Assembly: GCA_025594325.1 (NCBI GenBank) | Contig: JANHCV010000008.1 | Coordinates: 1,426,001 to 1,490,000 of the forward strand | DNA: 64,000 bases | Source of the DNA: Blastocladiella emersonii ATCC 22665 | Taxonomy: Eukaryota > Fungi > Blastocladiomycota | Reading direction: 5' to 3' | Part shown: one piece after another, positions 22,629 through 33,061 of the stretch | How the letters are laid out: the number at the start of each line of letters is the position of its first letter | Position numbering within the stretch: the stretch's first letter is position 1 | The notes under the pieces: model-generated | Databases searched by the model: none | Told to the model about the DNA's origin: nothing | Seen by the model: only the letters and a program-made list of their open reading frames with translations | Made by a program: the position numbers and the translations under genes

Positions 22629-23427
22629 GCTCTCCAACGCCGGGTCGCGGGCGGCGGGCCGTACTTGTAGGGGCCATGGTCGGGTCGCGGCCGTCGCGCG
22701 CGGGTGCTGGCGGAGGGTGCGCCGGGCATCGCGGCACGGCAAGGATTGGGCTGGGAAGATGATCTTGGGGCACGGCGCGAGCGGGCCGAGCGTGTAGGGC
22801 TTGGGGAACTTGATGAGGGTCGACGGGTTGGGGCGCACAAGGTGGGCGGCCGGCGCGGCGAGCGCGAGGATCTTGGGGGTGTTGGCAAGAGAAGGGTGCG
22901 CGTGATGAGCGGGAGCGCGGGCGGATGCAGCACGAGGTGCCGCGAGTGGGAAATGGAGCGGGAAGAACGGAAATTGAGAAAGACGGGGTAGAAGGGGGTC
23001 GGCGCGGGAGCGCGCGCGAGAACGCGCGATCCGGTGGTCGATCACGTGGATGGTGCGAGACACGAGGTGGCGCGGCGCGTGGAGACAGGGAGCGAGCCTT
23101 CCACTCACAACGTTTAAAAGGAAGCGACGGCCGGGAAAGTGACAACTCCAAGCAACCAGCGCGGTCAAACGAAAAGTATGGTTGGTTCGAAAACCCAGGT
23201 GGAATCACAAGAACACTTCAACCAACGACTCTGAGAGATGCTAATGGAGTAAGTCCGCAGTGCAAGGCTCAAGGACCGGAAGTCCGCTTCGAGAAGTTGT
23301 ACACACAACCTTGTGTTTGGGGGAGACCATGATGGGGTCGATCAGCTCTCGTGGCCTGAAAGGTGCAACATAGTCGGCTCTCGGGTTTACAGTGAGTGGG
23401 CTGGCTCGACAAGAATGACTACGCAGA

Positions 23428-25331
23428 CACACCCAAGATCGCACCACGATTTTTGACGTCAGGGGTGAACGTCAGCGGACGTCAGGGGCCGCTAACGGTC
23501 AGTTGACGTTCCGCCTGACGTCAAAAAACCACCGTTCGTCAGCCAACGTGAACTCCAACGTCAGACTGACGTGCAGCCTGACCACAGCCCAACCCGCTCT
23601 AAATCGTAGCAACCGCTCACGTGGGCACACCTGAGGAAAGCTCGCTAAGCGCTGGCAACGGGGCACGTGGAGGCACATGGGTTCGAAAACAACGATTTAT
23701 TACACGTCACAAATGGCCGGTCACAGATGGGGACGGCGGCGGGGATGCCGCGGCAGGTGCCCGTCAAGAAGAGGGCATAGCCGCGCGACTTGGTGCTTGG
23801 AGGCCGGCGCAAGTCGTGGCGCAGGGCGACGCGCGCGACGCGTGGGCAGCAGCGAGGCCTTGGCGAAAGCACACGGACGGGAGGTCGACAGCACGAGGAT
23901 AGCTTGGCCTTGTACACGAGGACAGCTTGGCCTTGTACGAGGACCGCAGGTGGGGCAGATCATGCGTAGGTCAGCGTGGATTGGCAGCTTGGCGGGCAGC
24001 AGCAGCTTGAACTGGGACGGTGCGAGTTCTAGAGGAGAAATGACGATGTACAGGGTCAGTGAGAACGGGACACGGGAATCCAGGGAGACGCAAACGTACG
24101 GAACGCCGAAGCCGAGCGGGCGCAGCGGTCGCGCGGCAGTTTCGATTGTTGACGAGCACGACCATGGCCTAGATTACGTAGCGCAATGAGTCGTTCGTTC
24201 TGCCTGAGCGCGCGTCCACACGAAGGCACGTACGATCACGTAGCCTTAATGCCAGCGAAACAGCGGAGACGGCGATCGAGTGCGAGTCAAGCACGCTACT
24301 GGTGGAGGTCGACGGTGGAAGGGATTCTGGTGGTGAGCACACGGGAGAGTAGACGCAGCGTGCGCAGAAGTGCGTACAGCGCGAAGTCGGGGGCTGCATC
24401 GGTGGAGCGCGGGGACAGGGCAAACAGCTGAACAACGTGCAGCTTGAGGTGCTACGCGGTGCACGTCTCGCGGCGGCGGGGCATCATGGGGCAGCGCTCG
24501 AGGATGTTGAGCGTGGGGCGTGGGGCGGGGCGCTCATGGCCGGGGGCTATGATCCTGGAGGAGAAGTCCACGAAGGCGGCGGCGGTGGCGCTTTGTAGGC
24601 GGCGGTGGTGGCGGCTGCGGCGAACCGCGAAGGATCAGCGAACGCCAGGCCCCGAGGTCAGCCGGCATCAGCTGATGCGCCACACTCGCGCGTCGCTCGC
24701 GTCGCAGCTCAGTCCGAGCTGAGCGGCTGAGGCGGACCGGACACCCTGCCAAGCGCGCGGCGCGCGTGCTGCAGATGTGCCGCTTGGTGCATTCTACAGA
24801 GAGAGACCTGTTGATTGAGCGCTGATCGAGATGGAGTCCCGAGTTGGCGAGCTCGCTCCGCGCATCGCGGCGGTTCGCTTGCTCGCCCGAACTTGCGTTT
24901 CGGCTGCACTCATCGTTAGCTCTCTACATCCTTCCTGTCCACTGCACGCTCTACTGTAGTCGCCGTCGCATGCCGCGACACTCAAGACGAGCTACCAATC
25001 GTGAGAAACAAATCGGCCCTAAATCCCCTCTTGAGACGCCGTGGTGGCCCTGGAGAGCGCGAGGGCCCTTTTTCGAAGCAGTTAAGAGTATACCATGTGT
25101 TTGGGAGCGGGGGAGGCCGGAGCGTGGAAAATATCAGACCTCGCGCGACGGAGGAATATGCGCGAGTGCTGCGGGATTCGAACCGCGGACGGTCCGACGG
25201 CGGCTGGTCCGACCCGCTCGCCGGCGCACGTCAAGGGTCGCCAGCCGACGTCAGATCGCGACGTCAAGTCACCGTCCGCTGACCAAATCTGGTCCCCTGA
25301 CGTCAGCCATGGTTGTGCGATTTTGGGTGTG
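23428..25331. mobile_element. Non-autonomous CACTA/CMC-like DNA transposon, 1904 bp
   Basis: Imperfect 38-bp TIRs (32/38) starting CACACCCAA and ending TTGGGTGTG; GA on both flanks (2-bp TSD); clustered GACGTCAG subterminal repeats at both ends; no recognisable transposase. Confidence 0.7.
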
Positions 25332-25472
25332 GAGTATAAGCACTGCGCGAACGAGTAATCTGGCAAATCGGTTGATGCGTGCGAGTAGCCATACTGGCTG
25401 TACAGGTCTGCAAAGACCGCAGGCGTCGCCATAGTCACGAAGCCTCAAGCGAGCCTGCGATGGCTTCCGAAG

Positions 25473-25646
25473 TGTCACGGTTCAGTGATCCGACGGCTCG
25501 GGCTGGTGGCGCGGGCTGGTGGCGCAGTCCCTCATACGCCGAGCGTTGCCCTCGCTCTCCCTCTCTCTTGTCATTCGTGATACAATCCTTCATTATCCGG
25601 CTAGTCATTCCTCGTGGCACAAGACCCTCCCCCTCGGCACCTTACA
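25473..25646 (+). repeat. 5' LTR (174 bp)
   Basis: TGTCACGG..CCTTACA, matching 30590-30763. Confidence 0.97.
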
Positions 25647-25648
25647 CT

Positions 25649-25657
25649 TTGTATCAC
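25649..25657 (+). promoter_or_regulatory. Self-priming-type primer binding site
   Basis: TTGTATCAC is the reverse complement of GTGATACAA at 25577-25585 inside the LTR; no TGG-type tRNA PBS follows the LTR. Confidence 0.65.
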
Positions 25658-25700
25658 CGTAAAACCCCCTCCGAGCGGTGATTTCTTCCACGACGGCAAA

Positions 25701-26777
25701 ATGATAACGCCGGCACAGTTCCTCGAAAAGCTGGCGACGTTTGACGTTGCGGCCATTGTCCCCGAGTACCAGCTCGCGCCGTGGCGCGACCTGGTCATGC
25801 CGTACGAGGACAAAGCCAAGCTCGTCTTCCTCGCGCTCAACGTCGCCAGCGACTACTGGCAACTGGGCGTGTCGACCGAGGCCCGCTCGGTCGCGGCCGA
25901 GCGGCGCGCCGAGACGGCGGAGCGCCGCGCGTATGCGCTTGAGGTCGAGCTGCGGCAGACGCAGCAGAGCCAGCCGCTCAACGGTATCCTGCAGGGCGAG
26001 CTCGACAGCATCCAGGTCAGCAGCGCGCGCGGGCCGGGCGTGGGCGTTGATGGCTTCACGCCGGCAGCGATGCACGCGCTGATGCGCATGAATTCGGTTG
26101 ACGGCGTCAACTTCAAGGTCAAGAGCGCCATCACGCAGTACGAGAGCATCCTCCAGCTCACGTTCAACGTCCCGGAGAAGTTCAAGATTGCGCACTTCCA
26201 CGGCAAGCTGACGGGCAAGGTGCTTGAGGCCGTGGAGCTGGCGATGGCCGGGTCCAAGTTTGAGGACTACGGCTCGTTCAACGCCTACATCTCCCTCGTC
26301 AAGTCAACGCAGCCGGCCGAGAAGTCGGAGACCGAGTACGCGCACGAGCTCAAGAACCTCAAGTACGTGCGCGGCGCCATGCCGGCGCGCGATTTCGTCT
26401 CCAAGTTCCGCCAGACCGCGTCCGGTGCAGGCTACCGCGCGCTCAGCGAGCTGGCGATGCAGTTCTACCTGGTGGTCACGGCCGGCAACTCGCCGCTGGC
26501 CGCGGACGTGGCCTTCGCCTCGCTGCGCAAGGGCTACCGTTTCGACAAGATGGTCGAGCACTTCCTGGTGCACGAGGGCGGGGCGACGGGCGTCGCGGCC
26601 AAGCTCGTCCCGGACCCGGACGCCATGGACGTTGGCGCGATTCGGCAGCGGGCGGCGGCGCACCAGGGCCGCGCCCTCACCGACATCAAGTGCTACAACT
26701 GCAAGGGCTACGGCCACAAGGCGGCTGATTGCCCGTCGCCCCCGCGCTCGTCGTCGGGAAACGCCAGTCGGGCGTAG
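25701..26777 (+). CDS. gag: Gag with CCHC zinc knuckle
   Basis: First ATG after the LTR at 25701; capsid-like region, DAMDVG motif, CYNCKGYGHKAADC. Confidence 0.92.
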   Translation: MITPAQFLEKLATFDVAAIVPEYQLAPWRDLVMPYEDKAKLVFLALNVASDYWQLGVSTEARSVAAERRAETAERRAYALEVELRQTQQSQPLNGILQGELDSIQVSSARGPGVGVDGFTPAAMHALMRMNSVDGVNFKVKSAITQYESILQLTFNVPEKFKIAHFHGKLTGKVLEAVELAMAGSKFEDYGSFNAYISLVKSTQPAEKSETEYAHELKNLKYVRGAMPARDFVSKFRQTASGAGYRALSELAMQFYLVVTAGNSPLAADVAFASLRKGYRFDKMVEHFLVHEGGATGVAAKLVPDPDAMDVGAIRQRAAAHQGRALTDIKCYNCKGYGHKAADCPSPPRSSSGNASRA

Positions 26778-29700
26778 CGGAGCAGGCCGCGACGTCCTCG
26801 AAGCCAAAACCTGCGGATTTGGGTGGTACAACGGCGATGGCCACGGCGGCCGCCGCCGCGGATAAGATGTCGGTGCCCGCCGACAAGAAGAAAAAAATGA
26901 ACAAAAAGAAGAAACAAAACATGAATGATAAGAAGACTAATGGAAAATCTGTTGCTGCGTACTTTGGTGCACTTGTGCGTCTAGAGATGGCGCAGGACCA
27001 CCTGCACCTCGGCGGGCTCCTCGCGCATCCAGGGCTCCGCACGGCGCCGATCCCGACGTTCATGATGCTCGACACGGGCGCGCCGGTTAACCTGATCAGC
27101 CGCAGGGTGGCCGAGCAGGCCGGGCTCGTGCCGAAGCGCCTAGCGCGTCGCATCGACCTCCGCGGTGTCGTCGGTTCCGCGCCGGGCCAGCGCCAGTACA
27201 TCTCGCATTACGTGCACGCGGCCGTGTCCGTCACGTCGCCCGAGTTCCTGCACGCGGCGGTCGCGGGATCCCAAACCGTGTTCGCAGACGGCGTCGTGCC
27301 TCCCGGCGACGCGTCCAAGCAGAAGCGCGTGGTGGGAGACGCGGGTCGCGCCATCGACATTCCGTGCCTTCATTGCTCGGTCGCGCGCTTCCTCGTCGTC
27401 GACTCTCCCGCGTTTCCGGTGATCATGGGACTCGAATGGATGGTCGCGAACGGCGCGAAGCCGGATCCGCGCTCGGCCACGGTCGCGATTGACGGCGCGT
27501 GCACTGGTCGCTGCGGGTGCCCGCCCGCCCAGCGCGTCACGGTGGCCACGGTCGCACCGCGCGTCGACCTCGACCCGCTCGCGTGGGACGAGGCACACGG
27601 CCCGCCCGAGGCGCCAGATGACGCGGCGCCGAAGCGCGTGCTGCCCGCCAAGTACCTCAAGTGGGCGCACGTCTTCGATGCCGCCGCGGCGTCCGCGCTC
27701 CCGCCGCACCGACCGTACGACTGCGAGATCGAGCTCGTCGAGGGCGCCAAGGTGCCGTTCCTGCCCGTCTACGCCCTGTCGCAGCCCGAACTCGAGGAGC
27801 TGCGCAAGACCATCGACGAGAACCTCGCGCGCGGCTTCATCCGCCCATCGCGGTCGCCAGCCGGCGCGCCGATCATGTTCGTGCCCAAGAAGGACGGGTC
27901 GCGCCGCATGTGTGTGGACTACCGCCGCCTCAACGCGCTGACGGTCAAGAACCGCTACGCGCTGCCGCTCATCGCGGAGCTCATGAACCAAGTGCAGGGC
28001 GCGCGCATCTTCACCAAGTTCGACCTGCGCGGCGCGTACAACCTGGTCCGCATCCGCGAGGGCGACGAGTGGAAGACGGCGTTCCGCACGCGCTACGGAC
28101 ATTATGAATGGATGGTGATGCCGTTCGGGCTGACCAACGCGCCGGCCGCGTTCCAGGCGTTTGTCAACGACGTGTTCCGCGACCTGCTCGACCGCCGCGG
28201 CGTTCTCGTGTACCTGGACGACATCCTCATCTTCAGCGAGGACCCCGAAGAGCACACGGCGCTCGTCAAGGAGGTGCTGCGGCGGCTCGCCGACAACAAG
28301 CTGTACGTCAAGCTCGAGAAGTGCGAATTCGACGTGACGCGCGTCGAGTACCTCGGCCACATCCTGACCACCGAAGGCGTCGAGATGGACCCGGCCAAGG
28401 TCCGCGCCGTGACCGAGTGGCCCGCGCCACGGACGGTCAAGGAGGTGCAGGCGTTCCTGGGCCTCGCCAACTACTACCGCCGCTTCATCCCCGAGTTCTC
28501 GGAACTGACCATCCCGCTCACCCGTCTTACGCAGAAGGACACGCCGTGGCGGTGGGGCGACACCGAGGCGGCGGCCTTTGCGGCCATCAAGACGCGGTTC
28601 GCGTCCGACCAGTTCCTCGCGCACCCCGACCCCTCAAAACAGTTCATTGTCGAGGCCGACGCGTCCAACTTCGCCATTGGGTGCGTCCTGTCGCAGGTCG
28701 ACAACGAGGGCACGCTGCGGCCGGTCGCGTTCCACTCGCGCGCGCTCAAGGCGGCGGAGCTGAATTATCCCATCTTGGATAAGGAGCTGCTCGCCATCAA
28801 GGTCGCGTTCGAGATCTGGCGCCACCACCTCGAGGGCGCGCAGCACCCGGTCGAGGTGTACACGGACCACAAGAACCTCGAGCACTTTCGCACCATGACG
28901 GTCGAGTCGCAGCGGCACGCGCGGTGGGCACTGTTCCTCGAGCGGTTTTCGTTCCGGTTCACGTACCGGCCCGGCGCAATCAACGGGCGCGCCGACGCGC
29001 TGTCGCGCCGCGCCGACTACGAGCTGTTTGACAACCCGATGCTCGGCCGCGCTGTCGTTCCCGCGTCGGCGCTCACGGTGACCGCCACGGCCGCGGCCAG
29101 CGCGCCGCTCGTCGCGGGCACGCAGGGCGACGACGTGCTCGCCGCGATTCGGGACGGCCTGGCGGAGGACGAGCTCGCGCAGTCGATGCAGCGGAACCCG
29201 GGCAAGCACCCGTCGCTCACCATGGACCTCGACGGCTTCGTTTGGCGAGACGACCGGCTGTACGTACCGTCGGGCGTCGCGCGCACCCGGGTGATCGAGG
29301 AGGCGCACGCGACGCGTGTAGCCGGTCATTTCGGCGTCCAGCGCACCATCGAGAAGGTGTCGCGCTCGTACTGGTGGCCCGGGATGCGCAAGGTGATCGA
29401 GCGGTTCGTCAAGTCGTGCCTCACCTGCGCGCGGGCCAAGGTGCCGCGCCACCGGCCTGACGGCGAGCTGCAGCCGCTGCCCACGCCGCCGCGGCCATGG
29501 TCGTCGATCTCCATGGACTTCATCACGGACCTGCCGCGCAGCAAGGGTCACACCTGCATCATGGTCGTCGTCGATCGGTTCTCCAAGATGACGCACTTCA
29601 TCCCGCTCGCCGCGCTCCCAACGGCCGCCACGACCGCCGACGCCTTCATCGAGCACGTGGTGCGGCCGCACGGGCTGCCCGACGACATCGTCTCGGACCG

Positions 29701-30589
29701 CGGGTCGCAGTTCACGTCGCGGTTCTGGTCGGCCATGTGCGAGTCGCTTGAGATCAAGGCCAAGCTCTCGACGGCGTACCACCCGCAGACCGACGGGCAG
29801 ACCGAGCGCATGAACCAGACCCTCGAGGTGTACCTGCGCATGTTCGCCAACGAGGACCAGTCGAACTGGGCCGAGCTGCTGCGGTACGCCGAGATGGCCA
29901 TCAACAACACGGTCAACAAGTCAACGGGCATGTCGCCGTTCAAGGCCAACTACGCGTTTGACCCGCGGCTCTCGGCCGCGCCAGTTCGGTCGGATCGGGT
30001 CCCGTCAGCCGCCGCGCTGGCCGAGCGCATTGCCGACGTCCAGGGCAAGCTGCGCGAGAAGGTCGAGCGCGCCAAGGAGCTGTACAAGAAGCACGCTGAC
30101 CGCCGCCGCCGCGAGGGCCCCGACTACAAGGTCGGCGACATGGTGCTGCTGAGCACCAAGAACCTGCGCGTCAACGTGCCCAAGGCCAAGCTCGGGCCCA
30201 AGTACACGGAGCCGCTCAAGATCGTGCGCCTCATCCGGAAATCGGCCGTCGAGCTCGAGCTGCCGCCGACCATGGCGCGCGTCCATCCCGTGTTCCACGT
30301 CTCGCTCATCAAGCCGATCGACGAGCACGACGAGGAGGCGTTCCCGGGCCGCGCGCTGCCGCCGCCAACGCCGTACGCCGTCAACGGGCACGAGGAGTGG
30401 ACGGTCGAGGCGATCCGCGACGCGCGCAAGGTCGGCCGCAGCGTCGAGTACCTGCTCAAGTGGCACGGCTGCCCCGAGGACGACAACACCTGGGAGCCGT
30501 ACGCGAACCTCAAGCACCTCGAGCTGCTCGCCGAGTTCCACGCGCAGAACCCGTCAAAACCCGACCCGCGGAGGGGGAAGGGGAGATAG
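26729..30589 (+). CDS. pol: Pol (protease, RT, RNase H, integrase, chromodomain), expressed by -1 frameshift
   Basis: LDTGA; YLDDILIFS; EADASNFAIG; H-H-C-C; SMDF/SDRG/TERMNQ; EYLLKWHG..NTWEP. No internal stops; -1 frame relative to gag. Confidence 0.96.
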   Translation: MPVAPALVVGKRQSGVAEQAATSSKPKPADLGGTTAMATAAAAADKMSVPADKKKKMNKKKKQNMNDKKTNGKSVAAYFGALVRLEMAQDHLHLGGLLAHPGLRTAPIPTFMMLDTGAPVNLISRRVAEQAGLVPKRLARRIDLRGVVGSAPGQRQYISHYVHAAVSVTSPEFLHAAVAGSQTVFADGVVPPGDASKQKRVVGDAGRAIDIPCLHCSVARFLVVDSPAFPVIMGLEWMVANGAKPDPRSATVAIDGACTGRCGCPPAQRVTVATVAPRVDLDPLAWDEAHGPPEAPDDAAPKRVLPAKYLKWAHVFDAAAASALPPHRPYDCEIELVEGAKVPFLPVYALSQPELEELRKTIDENLARGFIRPSRSPAGAPIMFVPKKDGSRRMCVDYRRLNALTVKNRYALPLIAELMNQVQGARIFTKFDLRGAYNLVRIREGDEWKTAFRTRYGHYEWMVMPFGLTNAPAAFQAFVNDVFRDLLDRRGVLVYLDDILIFSEDPEEHTALVKEVLRRLADNKLYVKLEKCEFDVTRVEYLGHILTTEGVEMDPAKVRAVTEWPAPRTVKEVQAFLGLANYYRRFIPEFSELTIPLTRLTQKDTPWRWGDTEAAAFAAIKTRFASDQFLAHPDPSKQFIVEADASNFAIGCVLSQVDNEGTLRPVAFHSRALKAAELNYPILDKELLAIKVAFEIWRHHLEGAQHPVEVYTDHKNLEHFRTMTVESQRHARWALFLERFSFRFTYRPGAINGRADALSRRADYELFDNPMLGRAVVPASALTVTATAAASAPLVAGTQGDDVLAAIRDGLAEDELAQSMQRNPGKHPSLTMDLDGFVWRDDRLYVPSGVARTRVIEEAHATRVAGHFGVQRTIEKVSRSYWWPGMRKVIERFVKSCLTCARAKVPRHRPDGELQPLPTPPRPWSSISMDFITDLPRSKGHTCIMVVVDRFSKMTHFIPLAALPTAATTADAFIEHVVRPHGLPDDIVSDRGSQFTSRFWSAMCESLEIKAKLSTAYHPQTDGQTERMNQTLEVYLRMFANEDQSNWAELLRYAEMAINNTVNKSTGMSPFKANYAFDPRLSAAPVRSDRVPSAAALAERIADVQGKLREKVERAKELYKKHADRRRREGPDYKVGDMVLLSTKNLRVNVPKAKLGPKYTEPLKIVRLIRKSAVELELPPTMARVHPVFHVSLIKPIDEHDEEAFPGRALPPPTPYAVNGHEEWTVEAIRDARKVGRSVEYLLKWHGCPEDDNTWEPYANLKHLELLAEFHAQNPSKPDPRRGKGR
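26756..26797 (+). promoter_or_regulatory. -1 ribosomal frameshift signal
   Basis: G GGA AAC at 26756-26762 in gag phase, 7-nt spacer, then hairpin GGGCGT-A-GCGG/CCGC-G-ACGTCC (26770-26797). Confidence 0.75.
30571..30589 (+). other. Polypurine tract
   Basis: GAGGGGGAAGGGGAGATAG immediately before the 3' LTR. Confidence 0.9.
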
Positions 30590-30763
30590 TGTCACGGTTC
30601 AGTGATCCGACGGCTCGGGCTGGTGGCGCGGGCTGGTGGCGCAGTCCCTCATACGCCGAGCGTTGCCCTCGCTCTCCCTCTCTCTTGTCATTCGTGATAC
30701 AATCCTTCATTATCCGGCTAGTCATTCCTCGTGGCACAAGACCCTCCCCCTCGGCACCTTACA
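30590..30763 (+). repeat. 3' LTR (174 bp)
   Basis: Matches the 5' LTR; followed by the TSD CGAAG. Confidence 0.97.
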
Positions 30764-30769
30764 CGAAGT

Positions 30770-33055
30770 CAACGGCGTGCGGTTGGACCCAGGGAGCCTA
30801 CCGCATGTCCATCATGTTGCGCCGGAGCGCGAGGCTGCCGCAGATCGAGAAGTGCGGCATGAGCGCGCGTGTGGTCTATTTTTACGACGATAGAGACGCG
30901 AACGGCGTGATCGGCAAGGTCGCGAGTTGGAGTGGGGACGGCGCTGCAATCCGGCGCGAGCTGAAACGCCTTGGTGCCCGCGAGCGGGTGATTCAGAATA
31001 AAGGCAAGATGGAGTTGCATGCAGTCTTGCTCGTTCATGTCCAAGTAGGTTTGTGTTCGGGAGAAGGGAGGCGAGAGAAGCGGTGCGGGGCTTTGCCCAA
31101 GCTATAGTGACCGCGATTTCGTGGCAACGCTGGTCACGTTGCTCCCAATGACATCACTCCCCGTGTGGCGCTGCGCCACTTCGCTTCAGCTCTCGCTACC
31201 GCTCTCCTCCCCTCCCGTATGCCTCCCTTAATCAATGAAGCCCAATCACATAAATCATGAAATCGACAGCAGGCTGGTCCCGTCTCTCCTGCAGCGTTTT
31301 GGGTGGCGCTCGCGCGGCGACGTGCTGTGCTCAACTCAACCGGTGACTTGAGAGTGCTCCGTTGGCATCGCTTTCGCACTCTGCTCTTGCGACTGCACGG
31401 GCGCTGCTTAGGCGAGCTTGTGAGCAGTGAAGCATGTTGCGGGACGATTTAACGTTGCCCAAGCTTGCAATATCTGGAATTGTGAAGTGAACCCAGCTTG
31501 TAGGAGATGCTATTTGTGTTCTTATTCTTCCTCTGGCGTCGATGTACTCGCTTTTCTTGCTTTGCCGCCGCCGCCACTGCACTTCCGTTGTGCCCGCCAG
31601 GCGTCGCATCGCGTCTTGCTTTCTTGCCGCGGGACGTTGTGCTGCACGAATTGGCACGACAAAGTCACTTCAACCCTCTCAACGACTAGTTACGCGGTAT
31701 CTCTGCTTCGGTGGTGCGGGATGCAAACTCATGAGCGGGGCGCGCATCTGGCTTTGCTCTGGCGCAAGCACGCGCGACTCATCTGCTGTGCTGCTGATTG
31801 CTTCTGACCCCGACCGCTGCCACCTGCACGGCGGCGGAACGTGCGATCGATTCGCTAGACCCTTGTCAAGCTCGGACGAGCTCTATTCTATGCGCGCCGC
31901 GAACCATCATTACTTTCAACATCGTTGACAGGCTTCCCGTGCAAAATTTGTACACGTCGACCACCGCGCAACTGGAGGCGAGCGCAAGGCGGCTGAGCAG
32001 GGAGGTCATTGCGGGCGCGGTCGGGAGTATCTCGTGTTGCTGTCAGCGACATGCCGTGGGCACCGTAACGCACGTCAATCCTTTGCAATCCTTCCACCGT
32101 AGGTCCGCTTCATCCGAGCTCTCTTGTTCCGTGCCCAAGGAGGCGAGCTTGCTCAAGGCCTCAAGCTGGATCATAGCGTGCGACGCGAATGCCATCGTCG
32201 TCAGGTGCTTTCTTGGCGGAAAACCAACGCGTTGGTCGAGATCGAGTCGCCGCGCGCATTCGTTGTGCTTAGTTTGTTCATGCCCTTCGCTCACGATTGC
32301 CAACTACTTCCATATCGGCTTGCCGAGAATACCAGCATTCTGTTGTGAGCGAGCGGCTCACCTTGACGCGTCCGCCATAAATCTGATCTCAGTTGCCTTG
32401 AGCGAGCTACGCGCTACGTGCGCGGATGCTGCAGTGAGGCGCTTTACAAGGTACTTGGCGCCCACAGCCAAGGCGCGCTAGGGCTCCATCAAGAGGACCA
32501 TCACCAAAGCGTGACTGGCCGCGATTGTGCGCGCGTGAGCGCAGTTCGCTGCACGAGGAGTCGCTGCACAGGATGGCAAGGCGATCCGCCAGGAGGCCTC
32601 CAGCTTGCGCCGCCACGTCCGCAGTCGACTTGATCCAACTCAAGAGGAGTGAGGCGCGCAAAGGCGGGAAGTAAACGTGTCGTGACAACTCCAGCGCGTG
32701 GATCTGACGCGTCGCGACTCTTTCTTTCGAGCCCCTTTGTGTACCACGAGTCCGAAGCACGATCTCAGACAGCGCTACACCTGAAGCGAGGTCCGTGTCT
32801 CTCAGTCCATAAACCATGCAGTTCCTTGCAGCCCACGTCAATTAACGCGTCTCCAGTGCCAGGTGATCGTGGCGAGAGGGCTTTTGGGCAAAGCCCCGCA
32901 CAGTTGACACCCGAACGGAGTGAGTGGTGGAGGTACTGGCAATTGATGGTCGAAGGCAACGGGGCGTCGAACAGAGAAAAAACACGTGACGCAGCGGCCG
33001 CGCGGCGCGTGTTCTCTCTCCCGACCCATACAGTTATCCCATGCATTTTAGTCAA
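30770..33055 (-). pseudogene. Heavily decayed probable DUF4470 paralog, interrupted by the chromovirus
   Basis: DALIDVGCKELHGL resembles DALVFQCGDLRDV; PPLRASLLL resembles PEVIARNLLVL; LLMEP..IRFMAD and VQILHGKPV occur in the same order as in 15591-17303. Many stops. Confidence 0.4.
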
Positions 33056-33061
33056 TGAACC

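Larger units (their letters stand above)
25473..30763 (+). mobile_element. Intact full-length Ty3/Gypsy chromovirus LTR retrotransposon, 5291 bp
   Basis: Two 174-bp TG..CA LTRs identical by eye, 5-bp TSD CGAAG (25468-25472 and 30764-30768), gag and pol with order PR-RT-RH-IN-chromodomain, PPT. Confidence 0.98.

Noticed and set aside
23450-23570. GACGTCAG cluster as a CRISPR array or stand-alone enhancer
   Set aside because: No regular repeat-spacer structure; better explained as TE subterminal repeats.
27140-29782. Long antisense ORFs (494 and 382 aa) in the chromovirus, and similar ones opposite other TE and core genes
   Set aside because: Expected shadows of high-GC3 coding sequence.
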